DNA of 64,000 nucleotides from Candidatus Multivorans sp. (lineage in GTDB: Bacteria > Acidobacteriota > Thermoanaerobaculia > Multivoradales > Multivoraceae): positions 3,584,001 to 3,648,000 of the forward strand of contig OZ251997.1 of the NCBI GenBank assembly GCA_965247095.1. Reading direction: 5' to 3'. The notes under the pieces are model-generated. The model saw only the letters and a program-made list of their open reading frames with translations, searched no databases and had not been told where the DNA came from. Of this stretch, positions 40,467 to 50,105 are shown in pieces. Both the position numbers and the translations under genes were made by a program. Each line of letters begins with the position of its first letter. The stretch's first letter is position 1.

Positions 40467-41251
40467 TGGCCCGCTTCCTCTTTATCGGCGATGTGGTCGG
40501 CAAGCCGGGGCGTCGCGCCCTGTCGAGCCTGCTGCCGGAGTTGATCGACCGCCAACGGGTCGATGCTGTGATCGTCAACGTCGAGAACGCCGCCGGCGGC
40601 CGCGGCGTGACCCCGGCGGTGCTCAAGGAGTTCGCAGCGTTGCCTATCGACTGCATGACCACCGGCAATCACGCCTGGTCGAAGCGGGAGGGCGTGCCGC
40701 TGTTCGACCGGATGCACACTCTGCTGCGGCCCGCGAACTACCCGGAGGGCAACCCCGGAGTCGGGGTCTTCGTCGGCGAACTGCCGGTGGGGACGCCGTA
40801 CGCGGTGGTCAACCTGGAAGGGCAGGCGTTCATGAAACCGCTGCCTTCGCCGTTTGCGGCCGCTGACAGGATCCTGGCCGGCCTCGATCCGGCGATCAAG
40901 CTGGTGCTGGTCGACTTCCACGCCGAAGCCACGAGCGAGAAGCAGGCGATGGCCTACCACCTGGACGGCCGGGTGAGTGCGGTGCTCGGCACCCACACCC
41001 ATGTGCCGACCGCCGACGCCCGCATCCTTCCCCAGGGGACCGCCCTGATCACCGACGTGGGCATGACCGGCCCGTACGACTCGGTGATCGGCGTGCGCGC
41101 CGACCGGGCGCTGAAGCGGTTCCTGCTCAATACGCCGTCCGGCTTCGAGGTCGCCAAGCGCGACGTGCGCCTCGCCGCCGTCCTGGTCGACGCCGACGAG
41201 ACGACGGGCCGGGCCACGAAGATCGAGCCGCTGTTGGTCAGCGTGGACTGA
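40466..41251 (+). CDS. ymdB: YmdB-like metallophosphoesterase (TIGR00282)
   Basis: IGDVVG, NVENAAGG, TGNH, DFHAEATSEK, GTHTHV. Confidence 0.95.
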   Translation: MARFLFIGDVVGKPGRRALSSLLPELIDRQRVDAVIVNVENAAGGRGVTPAVLKEFAALPIDCMTTGNHAWSKREGVPLFDRMHTLLRPANYPEGNPGVGVFVGELPVGTPYAVVNLEGQAFMKPLPSPFAAADRILAGLDPAIKLVLVDFHAEATSEKQAMAYHLDGRVSAVLGTHTHVPTADARILPQGTALITDVGMTGPYDSVIGVRADRALKRFLLNTPSGFEVAKRDVRLAAVLVDADETTGRATKIEPLLVSVD

Positions 41252-41279
41252 GACAGGGGCCGCGGCCCGGCGCAGGCGC

Positions 41280-42152
41280 CTAGTTGGCGGTGCCGGTCTC
41301 CAGCTCGGTCAGGCCGCGCCAGGTGTTCTTGCTGTCGTCGAAGGACGGCAGGGGCGGCTCGATGCCGCGTTGTTGGTTCACGTGCCAGGACCAGACGTAG
41401 GACCACTTGAGGTAGGTGCCGTAGGCTTGGAGCAGGCAGAACACCAGGCCGCGCATGCCGTCGAACACGCCGAGCTGGAGCCCGTAGGTCCGCAAAAAAC
41501 GCCACAGCGAGCGGCCGAAGACCTCCGCCGGCCCCGACCGGCGGCCCTCGCGCCAGACCTGGGCGGCACCCCACCAACTGTAGCGCTGGATGCGGCGCGA
41601 GTAGGCGAGCAGGTCGTCGACCATGAAGTGCTCCATGGGATTCCGGAGCACCGGCGCGGGACCGCGGGTCCACATGTCGGCGTGAACGCGCCGGTTCGGG
41701 TAGCGGCCCGCGTCGCGGCGCAGCAGCCGGACAACGCGGTCGTGCTGCCAGCCCGAGAAGCGGATCACCCTGCCCAGGAAGTAGACCCGGCGCTTGATCG
41801 TGTAGGCATCGTGAGCCGGCTGATCGTTCCGGAACAGATTCTCGATCTCTCGCCTTAGTTCCGCCGTGCAGCGCTCGTCGGCATCGAGGATGAGGACCCA
41901 TTCGTTCCGGGTCTGGTCCATGGCCCAGTTCTTCTGGGATGCGGAGCCGTAGTAGATGCGCTGCACGAAGCGGGCGCGTTCGCATGCCCGCACGATCTCG
42001 GGAGTGCGGTCGGTGGAGAAGGAGTCGACGACGAGGACCTCGTCGCACCAGTCGAGGGACGCCAGACAGGCCCCGATGTGGCGCTCCTCGTTGAAGGTCG
42101 TCACCAAGGCCGAAATGGGCGGCCGCGGCGCGTCTGCCGGCGTTTCGTCCAC
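41280..42152 (-). CDS. GT2 glycosyltransferase (WaaE/LPS beta-glucosyltransferase-like)
   Basis: TFNEE, VDSFSTDRT, LDADE, RVH. Confidence 0.9.
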   Translation of the reverse strand: MDETPADAPRPPISALVTTFNEERHIGACLASLDWCDEVLVVDSFSTDRTPEIVRACERARFVQRIYYGSASQKNWAMDQTRNEWVLILDADERCTAELRREIENLFRNDQPAHDAYTIKRRVYFLGRVIRFSGWQHDRVVRLLRRDAGRYPNRRVHADMWTRGPAPVLRNPMEHFMVDDLLAYSRRIQRYSWWGAAQVWREGRRSGPAEVFGRSLWRFLRTYGLQLGVFDGMRGLVFCLLQAYGTYLKWSYVWSWHVNQQRGIEPPLPSFDDSKNTWRGLTELETGTAN

Positions 42153-42177
42153 GTCGCGCATTGTATGCTGGCTCGCC

Positions 42178-42708
42178 GTGCGCTTCCCCGGTCCGCGCCA
42201 CGGAGCGCCCGTTCTGCTGGCGTTGCTGGGGAGTCTGGCCGCCCCTGCCGCCTTCGCCTGCAACGCGGCCTCGGAGAGCGCCGCGCCGCGCCGCGCCGAC
42301 GAGTCCGGCCTGAGCGTGAGCGCCGGCGTGAGCGATTTCGGCAGGGACCACGCGGCCGGCGAGGTCGGCATCGAGCACCGGTTCCGCACCCACTGGTGCC
42401 TGGGCTTCGGCCCCCATGTCGGCGCCCGGGTGACCTCCGACGAGTCCATCTACGTCTACGCGGGCGCCGACCGGCGGATCGACCTCGGGCGCTCCTGGTT
42501 TCTCGACTCGACCTTCGCCATGGGTTTCTATGAGGCGGGGGACGGCAAGAACCTCGGCGGCGCGCTCGAGTTCCGCTCGGGGATCGCGGTGGGACGCCGT
42601 CTGCGCAACGGCTCGCGAGTCGGTCTCGGCTTCTTCCATCTGTCCAACACGAACTACTATCGTCACAACCCGGGTGTGAACTCCTTTCTTCTCCGATGGT
42701 CGAGGTAA
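42178..42708 (+). CDS. pagL: Lipid A 3-O-deacylase (PagL-family) beta-barrel
   Basis: Signal peptide; LGGALEFRSG, HLSN, NPG. Confidence 0.8.
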   Translation: MRFPGPRHGAPVLLALLGSLAAPAAFACNAASESAAPRRADESGLSVSAGVSDFGRDHAAGEVGIEHRFRTHWCLGFGPHVGARVTSDESIYVYAGADRRIDLGRSWFLDSTFAMGFYEAGDGKNLGGALEFRSGIAVGRRLRNGSRVGLGFFHLSNTNYYRHNPGVNSFLLRWSR

Positions 42709-42714
42709 TTCGTA

Positions 42715-43002
42715 GTGCCTGTAGATCCGGAACTGCTCGAACTCCTGGTGTGCCCCAAGTCGAAGGGCGCGCTGACCGTGGCGCCGCTGCCGCCGCCCGT
42801 GTGCGAGCGGCTCGTGGCCCGCTACCGGGAGCACTTCGCGGGTGAGGCGCCGGAGATTTCCGAAGGGTTGTGGTGCCGGGAGTCCGGCCTCGTCTATCCG
42901 ATCGTCAGCGATATACCGATCATGCTGGTCGCGGAGGCGCTGCCGGCGGCGGAAGCTCTGCCGGAGGCGGTCGGGGAGAACGAGCGGACGAACGACTCGT
43001 GA
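42715..43002 (+). CDS. Trm112-like protein
   Basis: LLELLVCPKSK...LVYPIVSDIPIML. Confidence 0.85.
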   Translation: MPVDPELLELLVCPKSKGALTVAPLPPPVCERLVARYREHFAGEAPEISEGLWCRESGLVYPIVSDIPIMLVAEALPAAEALPEAVGENERTNDS

Positions 43003-43916
43003 GCGACTTCGCGTCGTTCCTCTCCACGCTGCGGCCGCAGGTCGACGACACGTTGGACCGGCTTCTGCCGGCGGCGGCGACGACGGCGCCCGGCGCCATC
43101 TGTGGGGCGATGCGGTACAGCGTGTTCGCGGGCGGCAAGCGGGTGCGGCCTGCCCTGGTCGTGCTTGCCGGCGAGGCGTGCGGCGCACCGCGGAGCGACT
43201 TGCTGGCGGGCGGCGCCGCGGTCGAGATGATCCACACCTTCAGCCTGGTTCACGACGATCTTCCGGCCCTCGACGACGACGACCTGCGGCGCGGTCGCCC
43301 GACCCTGCACAAGGTGCAGGGCGAGGCAATGGCGGTGCTGGCCGGCGACGCACTCCTCAACCACGCCTTTGAGGTTCTGGCCGGAGAGCCGGCGTCGGCG
43401 CCGCCGGAGCGGCGGCTGCAGACGGTGCGCTTGCTGGCCGAAGCCGTGGGCACGATGGGGATGATCGGGGGCCAGGTCCTCGATCTGGAGCACGAAGGGG
43501 CCACGATCGAAGACGGCGGGTGCGGACGGGAACGCGCCGCGCGGAGCCTCGAACGGATTCACCGCCTGAAGACGGGGGCCCTGATCGAAGCGAGCACCCG
43601 GCTCGGCGGCATCTACGCCGGCGCCGGGGACGACCGCTCGAAGCTGCTCGGCGGGATCGGCGCCGAACTCGGGCTGCTGTTCCAGATCGGTGACGACATC
43701 CTCGATGAGGTGGGCAGTTCCGAGCAGTTGGGCAAGACGGCCGGCAAGGACCGGCAGGCCGCGAAGCTGACCTATCCGCACCTGTTCGGCCTGGACGGCA
43801 GCCGCGAGAAGGCGCGTCAGGCCGCCGACCGGTGTCTGGCCCTGGTGGAGAGACTGCCGGCGCGACAGGAGCTCTTCCGATCCCTGGTCGCCTTCCTGGT
43901 CCACCGGGGCTCGTGA
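42999..43916 (+). CDS. ispA: Polyprenyl (farnesyl) diphosphate synthase
   Basis: GGKRVRP, HDDLPALDDDDLRRG, FQIGDDILD. Confidence 0.93.
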   Translation: MSDFASFLSTLRPQVDDTLDRLLPAAATTAPGAICGAMRYSVFAGGKRVRPALVVLAGEACGAPRSDLLAGGAAVEMIHTFSLVHDDLPALDDDDLRRGRPTLHKVQGEAMAVLAGDALLNHAFEVLAGEPASAPPERRLQTVRLLAEAVGTMGMIGGQVLDLEHEGATIEDGGCGRERAARSLERIHRLKTGALIEASTRLGGIYAGAGDDRSKLLGGIGAELGLLFQIGDDILDEVGSSEQLGKTAGKDRQAAKLTYPHLFGLDGSREKARQAADRCLALVERLPARQELFRSLVAFLVHRGS

Positions 43917-44659
43917 GGCTCCGTCTCGATCAAGTGCTGGTCGAGCGCGGGCTGTTCAGCAGCCGGGAACAGGCGAAGCGGTCGGTCATGGCGGGCGAGG
44001 TCTGGGTGGACGGCGAGCGCCGTGACAAGCCGGGGATGCCGGTGGAGGCGGACGCCGCGATCGAGGTGCGGGGCCGGTCGGCGCCGTACGTGTCGCGCGG
44101 GGGCCGCAAGCTCGAGCAGGCGCTGCGCTGCTTCGAGGTCGACCCCGAGGGCGCCGTGTGTCTCGATGTCGGCGCCTCGACCGGGGGGTTCACCGACTGT
44201 CTCCTGAAACATGGAGCGGCCAGGGTGTACGCGCTGGACGTGGGCTACGGCCAGCTCGATGCGCGGCTGCGCGGCGACCCCAGGGTGGTCGTGATGGAGC
44301 GGATCAACGCGCGCCATCTAGGTCCCCGCGCCCTGCCGGAGCGATGCCGGATCGCGACCATGGACGTCTCCTTCATCTCGGTGGTCAAGGTGGCGCCGGC
44401 GCTGCTGCCGCACCTCGCGGCCGGCGCCGATCTGATCGTGCTGATCAAGCCGCAGTTCGAAGCCGGCCGCGGTCAGGTGGGCAAGGGCGGGGTGGTGCGC
44501 GACGATGCGTTGCGCCGCCGGATCGCCGAGCAGCGCATCGGCGAACTGGGCGCCCTCGGGCTCCGGTTCACAGCCTCGGTAGACTGCGATCTTCGGGGAC
44601 CGGCAGGCAATCGCGAGATCCTCGCCCACTTCAGGACGCAATCATCGCGCCCTTCGTGA
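43913..44659 (+). CDS. tlyA: TlyA rRNA 2'-O-methyltransferase
   Basis: S4 domain, YVSRGGRKL, DVGASTGGFTD, KPQFEAG. Confidence 0.95.
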   Translation: MRLRLDQVLVERGLFSSREQAKRSVMAGEVWVDGERRDKPGMPVEADAAIEVRGRSAPYVSRGGRKLEQALRCFEVDPEGAVCLDVGASTGGFTDCLLKHGAARVYALDVGYGQLDARLRGDPRVVVMERINARHLGPRALPERCRIATMDVSFISVVKVAPALLPHLAAGADLIVLIKPQFEAGRGQVGKGGVVRDDALRRRIAEQRIGELGALGLRFTASVDCDLRGPAGNREILAHFRTQSSRPS

Positions 44660-44683
44660 CATGACCAACGCGCCCTTTGTGAA

Positions 44684-45487
44684 GTGACCAACATCGACCA
44701 GGTGGCGGTCGTTGCCAAGCAGGACAGCGAGCAGGCGGCCGCGACCGCTGCCGAGGTGAAGCGCTGGTTCGGGGACCGCGGCGTCGCCGTCGTCGCCGCC
44801 GACTCGAACGAGGTCGGCCTGATCGTGGTCCTGGGCGGTGACGGCACCCTGCTGTCGGTGGCGCGCAACCGTCCGGGGGTGCCGATCGTGGGGGTCAACC
44901 TCGGCACCCTGGGCTATCTCGCGGAGATCGGACGGGACGGCCTCTACGCGAACCTGGGGAGGATTCTCGAGGGCCGGTTCGAGGTCGAGGAGCGGCTGCT
45001 GCTGGATGTCGAACTGCATCGTGAGGCCGGCAGCGTGAGCCGGTACCGGGCGCTGAACGACGCCGTGGTCCACAAGAGCGCTCTGGCGCGGATGATCCAT
45101 CTGGAGGTCGAGATCGACGGCGAGCCGGTCGCCTTCTACCGGTCGGACGGTCTGATCGTCTCGACGCCGACGGGATCGACCGCGTACAGCCTTTCGGCCG
45201 GGGGCCCGATCCTCTACCCGACGTTGCCGGTCGCGGTGCTGACGCCGATCTCGCCGCACACCCTGTCCATGCGGCCGATCGTGGTGCCGGAGACCAGCAC
45301 GATCGCGATGACGCTCGGCAGCCGGGACGAGGAGGTGTACCTCACCCTGGACGGCCAGGAGGGGGCGCGGCTGGGGGGCGGCGACCGGGTGGTTGTGACT
45401 GCTTCGGAGGCGAGGGCGCTGCTGGCGCGCGTCGACGGCCAGACCCACTACGACGCCCTGCGCAGCAAGCTGGGTTGGGGCGAGTAG
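44684..45487 (+). CDS. nadK: NAD kinase
   Basis: [24 protein letters not shown]. Confidence 0.95.
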   Translation: MTNIDQVAVVAKQDSEQAAATAAEVKRWFGDRGVAVVAADSNEVGLIVVLGGDGTLLSVARNRPGVPIVGVNLGTLGYLAEIGRDGLYANLGRILEGRFEVEERLLLDVELHREAGSVSRYRALNDAVVHKSALARMIHLEVEIDGEPVAFYRSDGLIVSTPTGSTAYSLSAGGPILYPTLPVAVLTPISPHTLSMRPIVVPETSTIAMTLGSRDEEVYLTLDGQEGARLGGGDRVVVTASEARALLARVDGQTHYDALRSKLGWGE

Positions 45488-45507
45488 GCACTGCTACGAT
45501 CGCGCCT

Positions 45508-46740
45508 ATGTCGAAACGAGGCCCGGACCGCGAAGAGACCGTCTTCACGCCGATCGAGGAGGCGGTGGCCACCTTCCGCGACGGCGGCCAGGTGATCATC
45601 GTCGACGACGAGGATCGGGAGAACGAGGGCGATCTCGCGATCGCCGCCGAGAAGGTGACGGCCGACGCGGTCAACTTCATGGCCACTCACGGCCGTGGCC
45701 TGATCTGCCTCGCGATGACCGAGGACCGCTGCGACCAGCTCGACCTGCCGCTGATGGTGCGCGACAACACCTCGCCCTTCGAGACCGCGTTCACCGTCTC
45801 GATCGAGGCCCGGGGCAAGGTGACGACGGGGATCTCGGCGGCCGACCGCGCGGCGACGATCGAGACCGCGATCGATCCGGCGACCGGCCCGCAGGATCTG
45901 CTGCGGCCGGGTCACGTCTTCCCGCTGCGGGCCAAGCGCGGCGGTGTTCTCAAGCGCGCCGGTCAGACCGAGGCGTCGGTGGACCTGGCGACGCTGGCGG
46001 GGCTGAAGCCGGCCGGCGTGATCTGCGAGATCATGAACGAGGACGGCACCATGGCGCGGGTGCCCGACCTGGTCCAGTACAGCCGGATCCACAACCTGCC
46101 GATGATCACTGTCTCGGATCTGATCCGCTACCGGCTGAGCAACGAGAGTCTGGTCGAACTCATCGCCTCGCCAACGTTGCCCACCCCGTACGGCGACATG
46201 AGGGCGTACGCCTACCGGGCCGAAATAACGGGCGAAGAGCACGTGGCCCTGGTGATGGGCGAGCCGACGCCCGACCAGGACATCCTGGTGCGGGTCCACA
46301 GCCAGTGCCTGACCGGGGACGTGTTCCATTCCCAGCGTTGCGACTGCGGCATCCAGCTCTACCAGGCGCTCGCGAACATCGCCGAAGAGGGGATGGGCGT
46401 CCTGCTCTACCTGCTCCAGGAGGGTCGCGGGATCGGTCTGTTCAACAAGCTGCGCGCCTACGAGCTGCAGGAGCAGGGGCACGACACGGTGGAGGCCAAT
46501 CACAAGCTGGGCTTCCGCGCCGATCAGCGCGAGTACGGCATCGGCGCCCAGATCCTGCGTGATCTCGGTGTCCGGCGCATGCGGCTGATGACGAACAACC
46601 CGAGCAAGTACATCGCTCTCTCCGGCTACGGCCTGGAGATCGTGGATCGGGTGCCGATCGAGGTGGAGCCGAACGAGTCGAATCGCGAGTACCTCCGGGC
46701 CAAGCGCGAGAAGATGGGCCACCTGCTGCAGTTGGTGTGA
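45508..46740 (+). CDS. ribBA: DHBP synthase/GTP cyclohydrolase II
   Basis: [29 protein letters not shown]. Confidence 0.97.
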   Translation: MSKRGPDREETVFTPIEEAVATFRDGGQVIIVDDEDRENEGDLAIAAEKVTADAVNFMATHGRGLICLAMTEDRCDQLDLPLMVRDNTSPFETAFTVSIEARGKVTTGISAADRAATIETAIDPATGPQDLLRPGHVFPLRAKRGGVLKRAGQTEASVDLATLAGLKPAGVICEIMNEDGTMARVPDLVQYSRIHNLPMITVSDLIRYRLSNESLVELIASPTLPTPYGDMRAYAYRAEITGEEHVALVMGEPTPDQDILVRVHSQCLTGDVFHSQRCDCGIQLYQALANIAEEGMGVLLYLLQEGRGIGLFNKLRAYELQEQGHDTVEANHKLGFRADQREYGIGAQILRDLGVRRMRLMTNNPSKYIALSGYGLEIVDRVPIEVEPNESNREYLRAKREKMGHLLQLV

Positions 46741-47783
46741 GCGCCGGCAGCTCCAGGCCGCGGGCGCTGGTCACGGGCGTGACCGGCCAGGACGGTTCCT
46801 ACCTCGCCGAGCAGCTACTTGACGACGGTTGGGACGTCTGGGGTCTCGTGCGTCCGGTGTCCCAGTCGGGCAACACGCGCTGGATCGACCACCTGCTCGA
46901 GAGGGACGGCGATTCGGGGCCCCGGCTGCGCCTGATCGCGGGCGATCTCGCCGATGCGGCGTCGCTCGACCGCGCGGTGGCGACGGTGAAGCCCGACGAG
47001 ATCTACAACCTCGGCGCGCAGTCCCACGTCCAGGTCTCCTTCGAGTTGCCGGCGGCGACCGGTCAGGTCACCGGCCTGGGGGTCCTGCGGCTGCTGGAGG
47101 CGGTGCACCGGCACTGCCCGCGGGCGCGCTTCTACCAAGCCTCCTCGTCCGAGCTCTACGGGCGCACGGCGGAGTCGCCCCAGAATGAGACGACCCGGTT
47201 CTACCCACGCAGCCCGTATGCCGCGGCGAAGGCCTACGGATTCCACATCACCCGCAACTACCGCGAGGCCTACGGCCTGTTCGCGGTCAACGGGATCCTG
47301 TTCAACCACGAGTCGCCTCGCCGGGGCGAGACCTTCGTCACGCGCAAGATCTCCCTGGCTGTAGCCCGCATCCGGGCGGGTCTGCAGGACCGTCTGCACC
47401 TCGGCAATCTGTCCGCGCGGCGCGACTGGGGCTTTGCCGGCGACTACGTGGAGGCGATGCGGTTGATGCTGCGCGTGGAGCAGCCCGACGACTACGTGAT
47501 CGCCACCGGCGATACGCGCAGCGTGCGCGAGTTCTGCGAGATCGCCTTCGCCCATGCCGGGCTGCCGCTGACGTGGCGCGGTTCGGGCGCCTGTGAGCAG
47601 GGTGTGGCCAAGGGCGGCCGGGTGCTGGTCGCGGTCGACCCCCGGTACTTCCGCAAGGCCGAAGTCGACTCGCTGTGCGGCGATGCGAGCCTGGCCCGGG
47701 AGCGTCTGGGATGGCGTCCCCGAGTCACCTTCCGTCAGCTCGTCGAGATGATGGTCGATGCCGATCTCAAAGCCGTCGGCTAG
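46737..47783 (+). CDS. gmd: GDP-mannose 4,6-dehydratase
   Basis: [41 protein letters not shown]. Confidence 0.96.
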   Translation: MSAGSSRPRALVTGVTGQDGSYLAEQLLDDGWDVWGLVRPVSQSGNTRWIDHLLERDGDSGPRLRLIAGDLADAASLDRAVATVKPDEIYNLGAQSHVQVSFELPAATGQVTGLGVLRLLEAVHRHCPRARFYQASSSELYGRTAESPQNETTRFYPRSPYAAAKAYGFHITRNYREAYGLFAVNGILFNHESPRRGETFVTRKISLAVARIRAGLQDRLHLGNLSARRDWGFAGDYVEAMRLMLRVEQPDDYVIATGDTRSVREFCEIAFAHAGLPLTWRGSGACEQGVAKGGRVLVAVDPRYFRKAEVDSLCGDASLARERLGWRPRVTFRQLVEMMVDADLKAVG

Positions 47784-47957
47784 GAGCTTGCGCGGTAGAA
47801 CGACCGGAGGCCGGCGCTTCGCGCCGGATGCGGGTAGGATGCCCGCGAACCACTCCGTGCGCCCGATGACGGGCGCACGGAGTGGTTCGCGTGTGGCGCG
47901 GGTCGCGCCACACGGGTTCCCAGGTCAGATCGTTCTACCGCGCAAGCTCCTAGCCGA
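47776..47957. mobile_element. Nested palindromic MITE-like element between convergent genes
   Basis: 28-bp perfect inverted repeat 47776-47803/47930-47957 with CTAG in each arm; 22-bp internal perfect hairpin 47844-47891. Confidence 0.85.
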
Positions 47958-48720
47958 GCGGTCCTGCACTCAGCTCACCGCCGTCCAGAACGTAGGTGGT
48001 CGCGGTCGTGAACCTTCCTGCCTGAGTCGCCAGGGTCAACACCAGGGCCGCGATGTCCTCCGGCTCTCCGATGCGGCCCATCGGGTTGATGGCGATGTTG
48101 TTCTTCTCGACCATCTCGATCAGGCCCGCAGCCAGTTCAGTCCGGCACAGACCGGGAGCGATGGCAACCGTGCGGATGCCGTCCTTCGCCCACTCCTTGC
48201 CGATCATCTGCGTGAAGTTGATCAACGCCGCCTTGGACGGCGGGTAGATGCCCAGTCCTGGCGACGCCCGGATGCCCTCGTTCGACGCGATGTTGATGAT
48301 CATGCCGCCGCCGCGCTCTTGCATCGTGGTCCGGCACAACTGCGACAGTCTGATCGGTCCCCACAGGTTGATTGCCATGACCCGTTGGAAATCGTCCTCC
48401 TTCAGCTTGGAGATCGGGCCACCGCCGCCGCTGGCTGCGTTGTTGACCAGGATGTCGATGCCACCGAGCCCGGCGACCACCTGCTCGTAGAGGTCGTCGA
48501 CTGCTTCGGTCCTGCCGACGTCGGCCGGAATCGCCAGGACGCGGCGGCCAAGCTTCCGCAGCTCGCCACCGGTAGCCTCGAGTGCCTCGAGGCCTCGAGC
48601 GGCTATCGCGATGTCGGCGCCGTTCTCGGCAAACGCCAGGGCGATGGCACGACCGATGCCCTTGGAGCCCCCGGTGATCAGTGCCACCTTGCCGTCCATG
48701 GAATGATCGACGATCGACAT
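47950..48720 (-). CDS. SDR family oxidoreductase
   Basis: TGGSKGIG, NNAA, YPPSK. Confidence 0.93.
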   Translation of the reverse strand: MSIVDHSMDGKVALITGGSKGIGRAIALAFAENGADIAIAARGLEALEATGGELRKLGRRVLAIPADVGRTEAVDDLYEQVVAGLGGIDILVNNAASGGGGPISKLKEDDFQRVMAINLWGPIRLSQLCRTTMQERGGGMIINIASNEGIRASPGLGIYPPSKAALINFTQMIGKEWAKDGIRTVAIAPGLCRTELAAGLIEMVEKNNIAINPMGRIGEPEDIAALVLTLATQAGRFTTATTYVLDGGELSAGPLG

Positions 48721-48871
48721 GATGACCTCCGTTCCGGATCTTGAGAGTGCTGGGCCTTTGGCAGGCGGCGCCCACGGTGGACGGGAGGATACAGGTGACC
48801 GGGATTTGATGGCCCCGTTGCCGCAGAGGCGAACGCCGAGTGAAGAACGATCGAGCCACCGAAAGGGAAGC

Positions 48872-50080
48872 ATGAAGAACGATAAGGCGTTGCGGGCTCG
48901 GGCCGAGCGGGTGATTCCCGGAGGCATGTACGGGCACCAGTCGGTGGCCTACAGGATGCCGAAGAACTACCCCCAGTTCTTCACGCGCGCCGAGGGCTGC
49001 CGGCTGTGGGACGTGGACGGCAACGAGTACATCGACTTCATGTGCTCGTACGGACCCATGATTGCCGGCTACCGCAATTCCCGCATCTGCTCTGCGGCCG
49101 ATGCGCAGCGCGGCGCGCTCGACATCGCGAACGGCCCACCGGCCATCATCGTGGACTTGGCCGAGCGCCTGGTAGCTCAAGTCGGCCACGCCGACTGGGC
49201 GATCTTCGCGAAGAACGGCAACGATGCGACGACGGTCTGCAACATGGTCGCGCGAGCCAGGAGTGAGAAGCGCAAGATCCTGGTCGCGGCCGGCGCGTAC
49301 CATGGCTCACAGCCGTGGGCCAACCACTTGTCGCGTGGGACGCCGGTAGAGGAGCACGCGAACTACCCGACGTTCACGTATAACGACACAGAGAGCCTGC
49401 GCGCGGCCGCCGAGGCGTCCGCCGGCGACCTCGCGGGAATCGCCGTGTCGGCCTTCAAGCACGACGCGGGCCAACCCCAGGAGCTCGTCGACCCGGCCTT
49501 CGCCCGCGCGGTGCGTCAGATCTGCGACGCCGAGGGCGCCGCGCTCATCCTGGACGACGTGCGGGCCGGGTTGCGCCTGTCGCTGGATGCGAGCTGGGCG
49601 ACCCTTGGCGTCCAGCCGGACCTCTCGGCGTGGGGCAAGGCGCTCGCGAACGGAGAGCCGCTTGCAGCAGTTCTGGGCAACGAGGCGTACCGGGACGCCG
49701 CGTCGCGGATCTTCGTCACGGGCTCGTTCTGGTATCAGGCCGCGCCCTTTGCGGCGGCGCTCGCGACGCTCGACGTCCTGGAGGAGCTCGACGCGCCGAC
49801 CCGGCTGCTCGAGCTGGGCCAGGCGTTCAGGGCCGGGCTTGCCGAACAGGCGCGGCGCTACGGCCACGCGATCCAGCAGACCGGTCCGCCGCAGATGCCG
49901 ACCGTGATGTTCGAGGACGACCCCAAGCTCTCGAAGGGCCTCGCGTTCTGCGGGCATGCGCTCGCGAACGGCGTCTACTTGCACCCCTGGCACAACATGT
50001 TCCTGTCCGTGGCGCACACCGAGCGCGACATCGACCAGGCCCTGGCCGGCACAGCGCGCGCCTTCCAGGCGCTCGGCTGA
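48872..50080 (+). CDS. Class III PLP aminotransferase (GSA-aminomutase-like)
   Basis: WDVDGNEYIDF, DDVRAGLR, WGKALANG. Confidence 0.9.
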   Translation: MKNDKALRARAERVIPGGMYGHQSVAYRMPKNYPQFFTRAEGCRLWDVDGNEYIDFMCSYGPMIAGYRNSRICSAADAQRGALDIANGPPAIIVDLAERLVAQVGHADWAIFAKNGNDATTVCNMVARARSEKRKILVAAGAYHGSQPWANHLSRGTPVEEHANYPTFTYNDTESLRAAAEASAGDLAGIAVSAFKHDAGQPQELVDPAFARAVRQICDAEGAALILDDVRAGLRLSLDASWATLGVQPDLSAWGKALANGEPLAAVLGNEAYRDAASRIFVTGSFWYQAAPFAAALATLDVLEELDAPTRLLELGQAFRAGLAEQARRYGHAIQQTGPPQMPTVMFEDDPKLSKGLAFCGHALANGVYLHPWHNMFLSVAHTERDIDQALAGTARAFQALG

Positions 50081-50105
50081 GCCGACGGCGTCTATCGCAG
50101 CGCGG

